Source of the DNA: Deltaproteobacteria bacterium | Lineage (GTDB): Bacteria; Myxococcota_A; UBA796; SXON01 | NCBI GenBank assembly: GCA_947484175.1 | Contig: CANKOI010000002.1 | Coordinates: 22,222 to 86,221, forward strand | Length of the DNA stretch: 64,000 bases | Direction of reading: 5' to 3' | Shown: in pieces, positions 9,621 to 18,648 of the stretch | Layout: each line of letters opens with the position of its first letter | Numbering within the stretch: the stretch's first letter is position 1 | Notes under the pieces: generated by a model | The model's database searches: none | What the model was told of the DNA's origin: nothing | Seen by the model: the letters and a program-made list of their open reading frames with translations, nothing else | Position numbers and translations under genes: made by a program

Positions 9621-10715
9621 TCAAGACTTCGCGCGCAACTCCTCCGTGCGGGCCTCGCCCTCGGCGACCGGGAGGCACACGATGAACACGGCGCCACCGC
9701 CCTCAGCGTCGCCCACCGAGATGCTCCCGCCGACCCGTTCCGCGAGCTTTCGACAGATCGCCAGACCGAGCCCGTGCCCGGACACGGCGGCGCCGCCCAC
9801 GAGGCGCGCCAGCGGGCGAAAGATCGCCTCCCGCTCCTCGACCGGCACGCCTGGCCCCCAATCGCGCACGCGCAGCTGCCAATGGTCGCCCGCGCGGCAG
9901 GCCGAAACGTGTACACGGGGCGGGGTGCCCCCGTGGCGAATGGCGTTGACGATGAGATTCTGCAAGAGCTGCCGCATCGCATGGGGAGCCACCCCCACCT
10001 CGGGCAGCGGCCCCCTCTCCACCTGCGCGCCCGTCTCCTCCACGAGGGCGGCGAGCTGCGCCATCACCTCGTCAAGAGCGCTGCCCACGGAGGAGGGCGC
10101 CACCCCGGCGACGGGTGCCGGGGCGAGGTCGGCAAGCGCGCCATCGATGAGCTCCTCCAGCCTCGTGGTGGCTTCGCGCAGTCGGACCACTAGGGCCGAG
10201 GCCGCCCCGCCGTCTCCTCGTGCGAGCTCCCTCTCCATGCGCTCCAAAAGGAGGCGGTGGGTGCGTACCGGCTCCCTCATGTCGTGAGCCACCTCCGCCG
10301 CGAAGCGCCGATCGCCTCCCGCTCTCCCCGAAGCCAGCTCAACCTCCGGCACCGAGACGGCCACCCCCGGCTCCCGCACAGCGAGCCTCGTCGCGAGGCG
10401 CGCGATGTCTTCGAGAGCGGAGGAGTACAGCTCGCTGAACCCGATGCTGCCGAAGCGGAGCACCTTGTCCGGGGCGGGTGCGCCCAGCGCCGCGAGCGGG
10501 AGCGCGGGGTGCCGCCGACGCAGCGCCGACGCCAGCTCGAGGGGATCCGCCCAAGCGGTGGAGAGGTCGACAAGCACGAGGCCGTATCCGCCCTCGGCGA
10601 AGCCTTCCGCAAACGCGACGGCATCGCCCGCGAGACGAGCTCCGGGGCGCAGCGCCGCCACCAATGCCAACCAAGCGGGGCCTCCCACGCAGAGGACCGG
10701 AGCGTTCGGCGTCAC
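9621..10715 (-). CDS. Sensor histidine kinase with a degenerate N-terminal receiver-like domain
   Basis: H-box AHDMREP, N-box QNLIVNAIRH, DWGPG, GHGLGLAI. Confidence 0.88.
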   Translation of the reverse strand: MTPNAPVLCVGGPAWLALVAALRPGARLAGDAVAFAEGFAEGGYGLVLVDLSTAWADPLELASALRRRHPALPLAALGAPAPDKVLRFGSIGFSELYSSALEDIARLATRLAVREPGVAVSVPEVELASGRAGGDRRFAAEVAHDMREPVRTHRLLLERMERELARGDGGAASALVVRLREATTRLEELIDGALADLAPAPVAGVAPSSVGSALDEVMAQLAALVEETGAQVERGPLPEVGVAPHAMRQLLQNLIVNAIRHGGTPPRVHVSACRAGDHWQLRVRDWGPGVPVEEREAIFRPLARLVGGAAVSGHGLGLAICRKLAERVGGSISVGDAEGGGAVFIVCLPVAEGEARTEELRAKS

Positions 10716-10742
10716 GTCGTCATCCGCGTCACGTCGTCATCC
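10709..10742. repeat. Perfect 17-bp tandem duplication at a gene junction
   Basis: GCGTCACGTCGTCATCC at 10709-10725 and 10726-10742. Confidence 0.9.
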
Positions 10743-11133
10743 CCCCCTGCTGCCGAGCCAGATAGCCGTCGAGCCCCTTGCGGGCCTGCGCCTGAACCTT
10801 CGTTCGCAGCCATGGGCTCCACCCCAGAAGCAACCCCACCACGCCCAACGCCTGCCGGCTCCAGCGCCAGAAATCGAAGCTGTCCACATGCTCCACCACG
10901 CGGCCGTGATCGAAGCGGAACTGGGCGTGGATCACGTTGTGGACGGGGCGCTTCTGCGGACCGAAGGCATACCAGGCCTCCCAGTGGGCCGCCCCCTCCG
11001 CGTCGCCCGCGCTCACCGACACCAACGTGACCCGCAGGTCGGTGGCGCTGGTGCAGAGCGACGCCCACATGCCCGACACCTCCCGACCGGCCTCGTAGAA
11101 CGCGCGCAGCAGGGCCACGTTGGGGTGCTCCAT
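10729..11133 (-). CDS. SnoaL/NTF2-like protein, apparently with an in-frame internal deletion
   Basis: AHWEAWYAF...RPVHNVIHAQFRF...HVDSFDFWRWSRQALG is typical of this family; the N-terminus looks shortened. Confidence 0.75.
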   Translation of the reverse strand: MEHPNVALLRAFYEAGREVSGMWASLCTSATDLRVTLVSVSAGDAEGAAHWEAWYAFGPQKRPVHNVIHAQFRFDHGRVVEHVDSFDFWRWSRQALGVVGLLLGWSPWLRTKVQAQARKGLDGYLARQQGGMTT

Positions 11134-11155
11134 GCCGCCCCACGTAACGCGGCGC

Positions 11156-12802
11156 TCAGAGCAACATCGCCTCCATCCGGGCCTGCAACTCCCGCGGGGC
11201 GGTCACCGAGAAGCAGAGCTCCACCGACTGCGAGCCGCCGGCGGGCACGCTCAGCGCCCACGCGAGCACCCCCGGCGCGGCCTCGGCGTCCGGAGTCGGT
11301 ACGAGCGAGGTTTCGACCAGCGCCACGGTGATCCGATCGACTTGGGAAACGGGCACTTGATCGCGGAGCTGAATGGCCGCCGCCGCCTTTCCGAAGTTCC
11401 GCACGGTCGTCCGGAATCGTACGGTCGTGCGCGTTCGACCGCCCAGCAGGTGCTCGACCTTCCGGGAAACCAGCGACCGTTCTGCCTTCAGCCGGTCATC
11501 CACGCCGAAGCCGAGGGTGATGGGCTCGCCGGGCGCGATCGACCCGATCGTGGCGCTGCCGACGTAGTCGCCGCCGACGAAGCTAGCGACCGGCCCTGGC
11601 AGCAGCGGCGCCTCCGCTGTCCACGCGAACGCGGCGCTGCGGAACACCTCGGGCGTGATGCGAGGCACCGTGTCGAGGGAGAGCGCCACCCCGCCCGTCA
11701 CCGAGCCCAGGGGGAACCGCGCCTGCGACCCATCCCCGGCCAGCGTTCGTTTGCCCTCGACGGGGTACACGCGCGCCCCGGCCCCCGAGCTCGCGCCCGC
11801 GGTTGCCGCGAAGCTCGCGGAGTCCACGCCGTACTCGTCCAGCACCCACGTGGAGAGCGTCGGCGCCGCACCCCCCACGAGCGGGCGAGCCGTCGACAGC
11901 TCCACCCGCGCATCCTTCCACAGCTCGCCCGTGGACTGCTGAACGAGCGCCTGCGTCTCGAAGGTGACACCCGCGGCATCGGGGTCGAGGCGCGCGCAGT
12001 AGGTGGGCGACCACGACGCGCCGAGCACTCCGTAGCGCAGCGCCACGTCGACCTTGCCGCTGGCCGGCATCTCGACGTCCACGCGTACCGTGAGGCCGGT
12101 GGCGGCGGGGTCGCGCAGCTTCACCAGCAGCGGCTCCAGCTCCTCGCCCAGCTTGCCAGCCTTTTCCTCGTTCTCCCGCAGCTTCGACGCCAGCTCCCTC
12201 TCCGCGTCACCCAGCCACGCCAGCGTGCCCTTCACCACGTCGAGGCTCGGGACCGGCCGTGACTCCCCGCCCGGGCTCAGCACCGCGCGGTCGAGGTAGG
12301 CGCGCTGGACCAGCAGCGCCTCGATGCGGTCCCGCAGCCCGCCCAGCTCGGCCGACAGCACTTCCGCACGCTTGCGGATGCCCTCGATCCGCTCGGTCTC
12401 CTCTACGTCGCCGGAGCCCGACACCAGCTCCACGCCCACCACCCGGCCGCGCCCGCCGCGAAGCTCCGCCGCGAGAGCGGTGGCGTCCAGCGCGGGGGGG
12501 AGGCCCTCGAAGCGCACCCGCTGCGTGCCGGCGGCCAGCTCCAGCGACCGAGTGCGGGTGACGATCGCGCGGTCGCGCAGCACCAGCACTCGTTCCACCT
12601 CGGAGTTGGGCTCCAGCGGCAGCCGGGGGGGAAGGGGCAGCGCGACGGCGGCGTAGGCCGACGCGCGAGGCGCCGCCGCGGGGGCAGGCGGGGCCGCCAA
12701 CTCGGCTTGGATGTCGTCTAGGTCGAAGCTGAGCTTCATGCGCCGCTCCGCCTCATCGGCGTAGTCGGAGGCGAAGGCGGCACAGGCGAGAAGCAGGAAC
12801 AT
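11156..12802 (-). CDS. DUF4139/DUF4140 (MuiA-like) protein
   Basis: DRAIVTR, ASWSPTY, QSTGELW...LST, LLPGP, LGFGVD, DQVPVS motifs; short signal MFLLLAC. Confidence 0.85.
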   Translation of the reverse strand: MFLLLACAAFASDYADEAERRMKLSFDLDDIQAELAAPPAPAAAPRASAYAAVALPLPPRLPLEPNSEVERVLVLRDRAIVTRTRSLELAAGTQRVRFEGLPPALDATALAAELRGGRGRVVGVELVSGSGDVEETERIEGIRKRAEVLSAELGGLRDRIEALLVQRAYLDRAVLSPGGESRPVPSLDVVKGTLAWLGDAERELASKLRENEEKAGKLGEELEPLLVKLRDPAATGLTVRVDVEMPASGKVDVALRYGVLGASWSPTYCARLDPDAAGVTFETQALVQQSTGELWKDARVELSTARPLVGGAAPTLSTWVLDEYGVDSASFAATAGASSGAGARVYPVEGKRTLAGDGSQARFPLGSVTGGVALSLDTVPRITPEVFRSAAFAWTAEAPLLPGPVASFVGGDYVGSATIGSIAPGEPITLGFGVDDRLKAERSLVSRKVEHLLGGRTRTTVRFRTTVRNFGKAAAAIQLRDQVPVSQVDRITVALVETSLVPTPDAEAAPGVLAWALSVPAGGSQSVELCFSVTAPRELQARMEAMLL

Positions 12803-12878
12803 CGTGAACTCGGGGAGTGCCCCTCTGACCAGCCCCTGTCCGCCGCGGTTCGTCCCTGAATGTCATCACCCTCCTCAC

Positions 12879-12921
12879 GAACGTACGTATCGTTGACATG
12901 AACGTACGTATCGGGTACCCT
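12879..12921 (+). promoter_or_regulatory. Toxin-antitoxin promoter with two operator repeats
   Basis: TTGACA 12893-12898, 17 bp, TACCCT 12916-12921; direct repeat GAACGTACGTATCG at 12879-12892 and 12900-12913, each containing the palindrome ACGTACGT. Confidence 0.85.
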
Positions 12922-12927
12922 CCGAAC

Positions 12928-13161
12928 ATGTCCCTCACGGCCTCGCAACTACGCGCTGATGTCTACCGGATCCTCGACCGGGTGCTGGCCTCCGGGGAGC
13001 CGCTGGAGATCGAGCGCGGCGGTCAGGTCCTTCGACTGGTTCCCCCCCGCCCGCGCAGTTGGGTCGACCAGCTCCCCCGGCGAGAGGGCGTCGTGGTGGG
13101 AGACCCCGACGACCTCGTCGGCATCGACTGGTCGTCGGAGTGGAAGCCCGACCCGCTGTGA
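12928..13161 (+). CDS. Phd/YefM-family antitoxin
   Basis: MSLTASQLRADVYRILDRVLASGEPLEIER; its stop overlaps the toxin ATG. Confidence 0.88.
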   Translation: MSLTASQLRADVYRILDRVLASGEPLEIERGGQVLRLVPPRPRSWVDQLPRREGVVVGDPDDLVGIDWSSEWKPDPL

Positions 13162-13535
13162 TGCACCTCGACACCCACGCCGCAGTGTGGCTCTACCAGG
13201 GCGAAGTCCAGCGATTTCCCGAATCCCTCCGTCAGCAGCTCGGAGCGAGCCGCCCCCTGTACTCCCCGATGGTTCGGCTGGAGTTGGCCCTGTTGTACGA
13301 GATCGGGCGCATCACGGTGGCGCCCGGGGTCATCCTCGAAGCGTTGGCGGGGTTTGCGGGGCTGCGCCCAGCGGAGAGCGACTTCGAGCGTGTGTCCCGC
13401 ATCGCGGCCACCCTCACGTGGTCCCGCGACCCCTTCGACCGGATGATCGCGGCCCATGCCCTCGCCGATGACCTGCCGCTGGTCACGCGAGACACGACGA
13501 TTCTCCAACACTGCCGAGTCGCCGTCTGGGGGTGA
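13161..13535 (+). CDS. vapC: PIN-domain (VapC) toxin
   Basis: HLDTHAAVW, SPMVRLE, RDPFDRMIAA, LVTRD. Confidence 0.9.
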   Translation: MHLDTHAAVWLYQGEVQRFPESLRQQLGASRPLYSPMVRLELALLYEIGRITVAPGVILEALAGFAGLRPAESDFERVSRIAATLTWSRDPFDRMIAAHALADDLPLVTRDTTILQHCRVAVWG

Positions 13536-13553
13536 AGCCGAGGCCCTCGCCGC

Positions 13554-15221
13554 TCAGGCCTCCAGCATCGCCGACACGCCCTCGAGCCCCACCCGCTGCG
13601 TCACGTCAGTCGCCGTGGCGTAGGTGTACTTCATGCCCGAGGCCAGCTCGCCTCCGGCGACGACGGCGACCTTTGCCTCCACCGTCACGTCCGCCACCCA
13701 CTTCGAGTCGATCACCGCCTCGTCGAGCGTAACGGCGTCGATCACGCCCGCCTCGCGCAGGTCCTCGTCGAGGAAGTAGGCGTGCCCTGTGACGAGGCCG
13801 GCGAGCGCCCGCTGCTGGTCGCGGGCCTCTTCTTCATCGGCGGGCCGCGCCGACGGGAAGGCGGCGGAAGTGTCGCCGGCCACGCGCACCTTCACGCGTG
13901 CCGTCACCTCACCAGCGGTGTCGACGAGCGGCACGTCCACACCCCGTTCGAGGGGGCCCACCACCGCCTCGAGCGCTTCGGTGTTGTCGACCTTGTGCTC
14001 CTGCTCGATCACCAGCTCGCCCACGTCCTCCGCCGCATCGCCTCCCCCGAGCTGCCCCAGCTTCTCCAGAAGGCCGGCCGAACCGTTGAAGGGCTGCTCG
14101 ACCTGGGTGGAGTCGCCGTTGTTCTCCACGCCGGCGCTCACCGTGCCGCCCACGATGGTGACACCCCGTTCGTCGACCATCACGTAGGCCACCGCGCGGA
14201 GGCCCATGGTGGAGCCGCCCTCCGAACCGAAGGCCTGGCCGGGGAACGCGAGCTGGCCTTCCACGGCAACATAGGGGTCGGGGTCGTAGCCGGCCATGGC
14301 GGACACATCGGCCACGATGCTCCCGGACAGCCCCCGCAACCCCTTCGCCACCACGGTCTGCACCGTTGAAATCATCTCCACGACGGGCACCGCCCCAGCG
14401 GCCTCCGCCACGTCGGTGCCCAGAACCCCGGCGCTGACTCCGTCCGCTTGGAAGATGGAGCTGGTGTCGAGTCCCACTGCGGCGCCGGCGGAGACCTGGC
14501 CTGCCACGCCGGCCTCCAGTCGATCGGGCGCCCCGTCCGTCGAGGCACGCGACACGTCGGCCAGCGCAGGAGGGGTTCCACCCAGGAGCGCACGCAGAAC
14601 CGCGGCGCGGGCGGCTTGGACGCCTCCGCCCGACAGTACCCAATGCGCCTCGACGAAGTAGCCACTCTCCACACGCCCCTCTAGCTCCGCCTCAACCCCG
14701 GCACGGCCGGCGCCCAGCTCGGCCCCCAAGCCGATCTTGCCGACACCCGCCAGCTCCCCACGCAGCATCAGCTCCCAGGTTCCGAAGCGGCGAGACAGCC
14801 GCACCGCACCGGAGAAGCGCGCGCCCAAGCCGGCCACCAGCTCCTGGACGAGCTCCTGCTCAAACGAGGCCCCCGGCGGCAGAAGAGCGTCGATGATCTG
14901 CTCCTGCACGGTGTCGGAGAGCGAGGCCAAGGCGGGCAGCGCGTTCTCGGCGAGCCATTCGCGAGCCCAGTCGTACTGGAGCAGTTGAATGGCGTAGGCG
15001 ATCGCCACGGAGGTGCCCAACGCGTCGAGAACCACAGCGCCAACCGGCCCCATGAGTACGAGCGACTCGACAAGGCCCGCGCCGCTCTGGGGGGTGGGGC
15101 CGGCGAGCCCGGCCGCCTCCTGAACTTCCTGATTCGAAGCGGGAGCCGCGGGAGCCACCTGACTGGTGGGCGGCGTGGGGGTCTGGGCGGGGGTGCGGCT
15201 CTGGGCAGTAGAAGTGTGCAT
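13554..15221 (-). CDS. Hypothetical protein, candidate secreted cargo with a low-complexity N-terminal leader
   Basis: Start reassigned to ATG 15221 (MHTSTAQSRTPAQTPTPPTSQVAPAAPASNQEVQ); the longer ORF extension overlaps the helicase on the opposite strand. Confidence 0.7.
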   Translation of the reverse strand: MHTSTAQSRTPAQTPTPPTSQVAPAAPASNQEVQEAAGLAGPTPQSGAGLVESLVLMGPVGAVVLDALGTSVAIAYAIQLLQYDWAREWLAENALPALASLSDTVQEQIIDALLPPGASFEQELVQELVAGLGARFSGAVRLSRRFGTWELMLRGELAGVGKIGLGAELGAGRAGVEAELEGRVESGYFVEAHWVLSGGGVQAARAAVLRALLGGTPPALADVSRASTDGAPDRLEAGVAGQVSAGAAVGLDTSSIFQADGVSAGVLGTDVAEAAGAVPVVEMISTVQTVVAKGLRGLSGSIVADVSAMAGYDPDPYVAVEGQLAFPGQAFGSEGGSTMGLRAVAYVMVDERGVTIVGGTVSAGVENNGDSTQVEQPFNGSAGLLEKLGQLGGGDAAEDVGELVIEQEHKVDNTEALEAVVGPLERGVDVPLVDTAGEVTARVKVRVAGDTSAAFPSARPADEEEARDQQRALAGLVTGHAYFLDEDLREAGVIDAVTLDEAVIDSKWVADVTVEAKVAVVAGGELASGMKYTYATATDVTQRVGLEGVSAMLEA

Positions 15222-15234
15222 GACCGCGTGCAGG

Positions 15235-15250
15235 TGCAAGCGCGAGGCCA
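15235..15250 (-). promoter_or_regulatory. Putative sigma54 (-24/-12) promoter
   Basis: TGGCCTCGCGCTTGCA on the minus strand, exact GG-N10-GC spacing, just upstream of ATG 15221. Confidence 0.6.
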
Positions 15251-15359
15251 ACGGGAGAACGCCCGCTTTTCCACGACGGGTGACAGATGTCCGCCCACCG
15301 TACGCGACGGCCGTCGGACGGCTGTCACCGACACCGGGCGCTTGAGATAACCCCGCGCG

Positions 15360-17648
15360 ATGCTCCGCTGGCATGACGACAGCCTCACCCTCGAGCTCGC
15401 CGTGCGTGACCTCGGCGGCGCTCGGGCCGAGTTGGGCAGCCTCGCGATGTCGCCGCGAGCCCGTGCCCGTGCGGGTGAGCGCGCGCATCGGCAAGTGCGG
15501 GACGCCGCGGACGAGGGCACCCGCCACGAGGAGACCTGGCGCCACACCGAGGAGGTGGAGGGCTGGCGATGCGTGATCACCGCGCGGGTAGACGGCGTCG
15601 TCGAATCCCTCGACGGACACACGCTCGTGGAGGAAGTGAAATCGGTCGGGCTCCCCGAGGAAGCCCTCGCCAACGCGGAGATCGCCGAGTCCTGGCGCCG
15701 GCAGTTGGCCGCCTACTTGTACATCGCTGAGGCGGCGAAACTGCCCCGTCCGGAGGGGCGATTGCGGTTGGTTTCCTTGGTGGACGGCAGTCAGCGCGTG
15801 GTGGTACTCCACCCCGATCGGCACTTCGCCGCCTGGCTCCGGGACTGGCTGCGAGCGCGAGTGCGGGCCCGCACGCTCTGGTTGGCATGGCGCCACCTTC
15901 GTCGAAATGCCCCCGTCCCCTTCCCCTTCCCGGACCTCCGCGAGGGTCAGGGCGAAATCCTCGCCGCCGTGCAGGACGCCGCCGCCCGCGGCCAGGTGCT
16001 CGCCCTCACCGCGCCGACCGGCCTCGGCAAGACGGCCCCCGTGCTCGTCGGCGCGCTCGCGGAGTGCTTCCGCTCCGACCTCGGCCTCTTCTGGGCCACC
16101 GCCCGCGGCACGCAGCGATGGATCGTGCTCGACACGCTGCGCCGGCTCAAAGAGGCAGGCCTCCCGCTACGGGCGGTCGTGGTGCCGGCCCGCGCCGAGG
16201 CGTGCGCGGCGTGCGCGCTCGGCGAGTGCCTCGGCACCGCCGAGCTGGCCGACCTCGTGCCCTTGGCGGAGGCGGGGATCGTGCTGCCCGCGGAGGTCGC
16301 CGCGGAGGCGGTTCGCCAAGGCGCGTGCGCCTGGGCGCTGGCCGTCGAGTACGCCGCCCACGTGGCCGACGTCGTGATCGCCGACCTCAACTACGCCTTC
16401 GACCCCGACGTGCACCTGCGCCCCTGCCTTGGCTACGGTGCCCCGCGGCGGTTTGTCGTCGTGGTGGACGAAGCGCACCAGCTGCCCGACCGGGCGCGGG
16501 GCTGGGCATCCGCACGCCTCGACGCCGTACTGCTCGACGCGCTGGACGCACGCTACCGGAATGCCTCCGGGGCGCCCTTTCGGGAGCTTGCGGAGCAGGT
16601 GCGGGGCTGGCTCCTTGCCGAAGCGGTCTCGGGAGAGCCGCGCCTCTGGGAGCCCGATGACGGCGAGCTCGCCGACACGCTCGCCCGCTACGACGCGCTC
16701 GCGTTCGAACACGCGCGCTGCGTGGCCGACGACCCGCGCGCGGGCGAGGACCCCTGGCGCCAGCTCGGCCAGGCGCTGTTCCGGTTCGCTGCTTACGCCG
16801 ACCACGAAGGCGAGGAGGTGCTCTCCCTCACCGACGGCACCTCCCTTCAGCTCATCTGCCGCGACGCGGCCTTCCTCCTCGAAGACCGGATGGCAGCGTG
16901 TGCGGCCGTGGTGGGCGTGAGCGCCACCCTCCACCCCACCTGGTTCTGGCGGGAGCGCGTGGGGGTGCCCGCCGACCGGTTCACCGAGCTCGCCGTCACC
17001 GCCGACCTGCCCGCGGCGAACCGCCTCGTGCTCGTGGCCCGCGCTGTCTCAACGGCGTGGAAGGACCGCGAGCGGGAGCGCCCGCGGCTGTTGGACCTCA
17101 TCGAACGGAGCGTTTCCGCCGTGCCCGGCAACGTGGCGCTGTTCTTCGGCAGCTTCGAGCAGATGCACGATCTGCTCGGTGGGCTCGACCTCCCCGGGCG
17201 CGAGCGGGTGGTCCAACGCCCCGGAATGTCTGCCGCCGCTCGCGCCGAGACCGCCGCCGCGATGGCCGAGCCCGGTCGCGTCTTGGCCGCGGTGCTGGGC
17301 GGTGTTTTCGGCGAGAGCGTCGACCTGCCGCCCGGTGCGCTCTCCGCCGCCTTGATCATCGGCCCCTCCTTTCCGCCGCCGGACCTCGAAACCAAGCTCC
17401 TCACCGAGTGGAACGAACGCCGCTGGGACGACGGCTTCGGGCTCGCGTCGATCCAACCCGGCATGACGAGGGTGGTGCAGGCGGCGGGTCGCGTGCTGCG
17501 ACGCCCCGAGGATCGCGGCGCCATCGTGCTCGTGTGCCGCCGCTTCCTCCAGAACGAGCTGCAGGAGTACCTGCCGGCGAGCTGGGCTCCCCAGCCCACG
17601 AGTCGGCCTTGGGAGGAGCTGGCGGAGTTTTTTGGGGAGGGCGGTTGA
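15360..17648 (+). CDS. PD-(D/E)XK (Cas4/RecB-like) nuclease fused to a DinG/XPD-family helicase
   Basis: ARVDG...EEVKS...QLAAY; APTGLGKT; Cys cluster CAACALGEC...C; DEAH; SATL; QAAGRVLR. Confidence 0.9.
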   Translation: MLRWHDDSLTLELAVRDLGGARAELGSLAMSPRARARAGERAHRQVRDAADEGTRHEETWRHTEEVEGWRCVITARVDGVVESLDGHTLVEEVKSVGLPEEALANAEIAESWRRQLAAYLYIAEAAKLPRPEGRLRLVSLVDGSQRVVVLHPDRHFAAWLRDWLRARVRARTLWLAWRHLRRNAPVPFPFPDLREGQGEILAAVQDAAARGQVLALTAPTGLGKTAPVLVGALAECFRSDLGLFWATARGTQRWIVLDTLRRLKEAGLPLRAVVVPARAEACAACALGECLGTAELADLVPLAEAGIVLPAEVAAEAVRQGACAWALAVEYAAHVADVVIADLNYAFDPDVHLRPCLGYGAPRRFVVVVDEAHQLPDRARGWASARLDAVLLDALDARYRNASGAPFRELAEQVRGWLLAEAVSGEPRLWEPDDGELADTLARYDALAFEHARCVADDPRAGEDPWRQLGQALFRFAAYADHEGEEVLSLTDGTSLQLICRDAAFLLEDRMAACAAVVGVSATLHPTWFWRERVGVPADRFTELAVTADLPAANRLVLVARAVSTAWKDRERERPRLLDLIERSVSAVPGNVALFFGSFEQMHDLLGGLDLPGRERVVQRPGMSAAARAETAAAMAEPGRVLAAVLGGVFGESVDLPPGALSAALIIGPSFPPPDLETKLLTEWNERRWDDGFGLASIQPGMTRVVQAAGRVLRRPEDRGAIVLVCRRFLQNELQEYLPASWAPQPTSRPWEELAEFFGEGG

Positions 17649-17685
17649 GGGGCACTGGGCGTTACGAGCGACACGGGGACTGCCC

Positions 17686-18648
17686 TCAGGGCGCGAGAAT
17701 CCTCCGCCGCACGTCTACCGCCACGCCACCCCCGCCCGCGAGCAGGTCGGCGGCGCCGGGGTTGGCCGCCGAGGCGAGCAGCCAGGCCTTCCACGCCTTC
17801 GCGTTGTCGTCGCTGGTGTAGTACAGCAGCCCGCGACCCACCATTCGCCCCGTAGGCACCACCAGCATCCGCACCGAAGCGCCGTCAACGACCAGTCGGG
17901 AAACCTCGCCCTCCACGTCGATCGCCGCCAGCCACTCCGGCCCGCCCGACGCCATCACGCCCACTCGCAGCTCGGTGCCGACCCGCGCCGCGACCACCGC
18001 ACCTGCAATCGCGTAGACTCGGCTGCTGTCGACGTCGTTCTCCATCCACGTCTGGCCGCCCGTGGCCGTCGCGAGGACGCCCTCGCCCATGACCACCACG
18101 CGCCCGCCTTCGAGAGCGATGCGCTCGCTGACACCGTCCCGTGTTCCCGGAGAGCCCACGTTCGCCCAGGTGGCGCCCGCGTCGGTCGTGCGCACGAGCG
18201 TGTCCATGCCCAGCACCCACGCCTCTGTGGCGGACACGGCGAGGATCTGCTCGGCGCTGGCAGTCGGGATCGGGCCCCGTTCGGACCACGTGCGACCGCC
18301 GTCAAGAGACACGAGCGCCCGGTAGTCGCTATCGACACCCGCAGGCTTCAGCGTGGCGGCGAGCGCCCAAATCGCACCCGGCCCCGCCGAGATGTGGCTC
18401 ACCCAGCCAAGCCCCTCGTACGTGCGAACGACCGAGTCGCCGCTCCAGAGGTACACGCTAGCGCGGCGATCGCCGATCTCCCACGTGGCGCCGCCTTGGT
18501 CATACCCGCCGAACAGCGCCTCGCGAGGCGCCATCGAGCGCGTAGACTCCACGAAGAAGGCCTCCGGCAACTGCCCGCGGGGCTCCCATCCGGCGTCCGA
18601 CACCCAGCACCCCAAGATGAAGCTAGAGAAAAGCGCCAAGTAGCCCAC
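17686..18648 (-). CDS. BNR/Asp-box beta-propeller lipoprotein, candidate immunity protein
   Basis: Lipobox FILGC; SLDGGRTW, TTDAGATW, TATGGQTW, SDDNAKAW; starts directly after the upstream stop (0-nt gap). Confidence 0.75.
   Translation of the reverse strand: MGYLALFSSFILGCWVSDAGWEPRGQLPEAFFVESTRSMAPREALFGGYDQGGATWEIGDRRASVYLWSGDSVVRTYEGLGWVSHISAGPGAIWALAATLKPAGVDSDYRALVSLDGGRTWSERGPIPTASAEQILAVSATEAWVLGMDTLVRTTDAGATWANVGSPGTRDGVSERIALEGGRVVVMGEGVLATATGGQTWMENDVDSSRVYAIAGAVVAARVGTELRVGVMASGGPEWLAAIDVEGEVSRLVVDGASVRMLVVPTGRMVGRGLLYYTSDDNAKAWKAWLLASAANPGAADLLAGGGGVAVDVRRRILAP

Noticed and set aside
15222-15896. N-terminal extension of ORF 13554..15896
   Set aside because: Overlaps the helicase on the opposite strand; a sigma54-like site supports ATG 15221.
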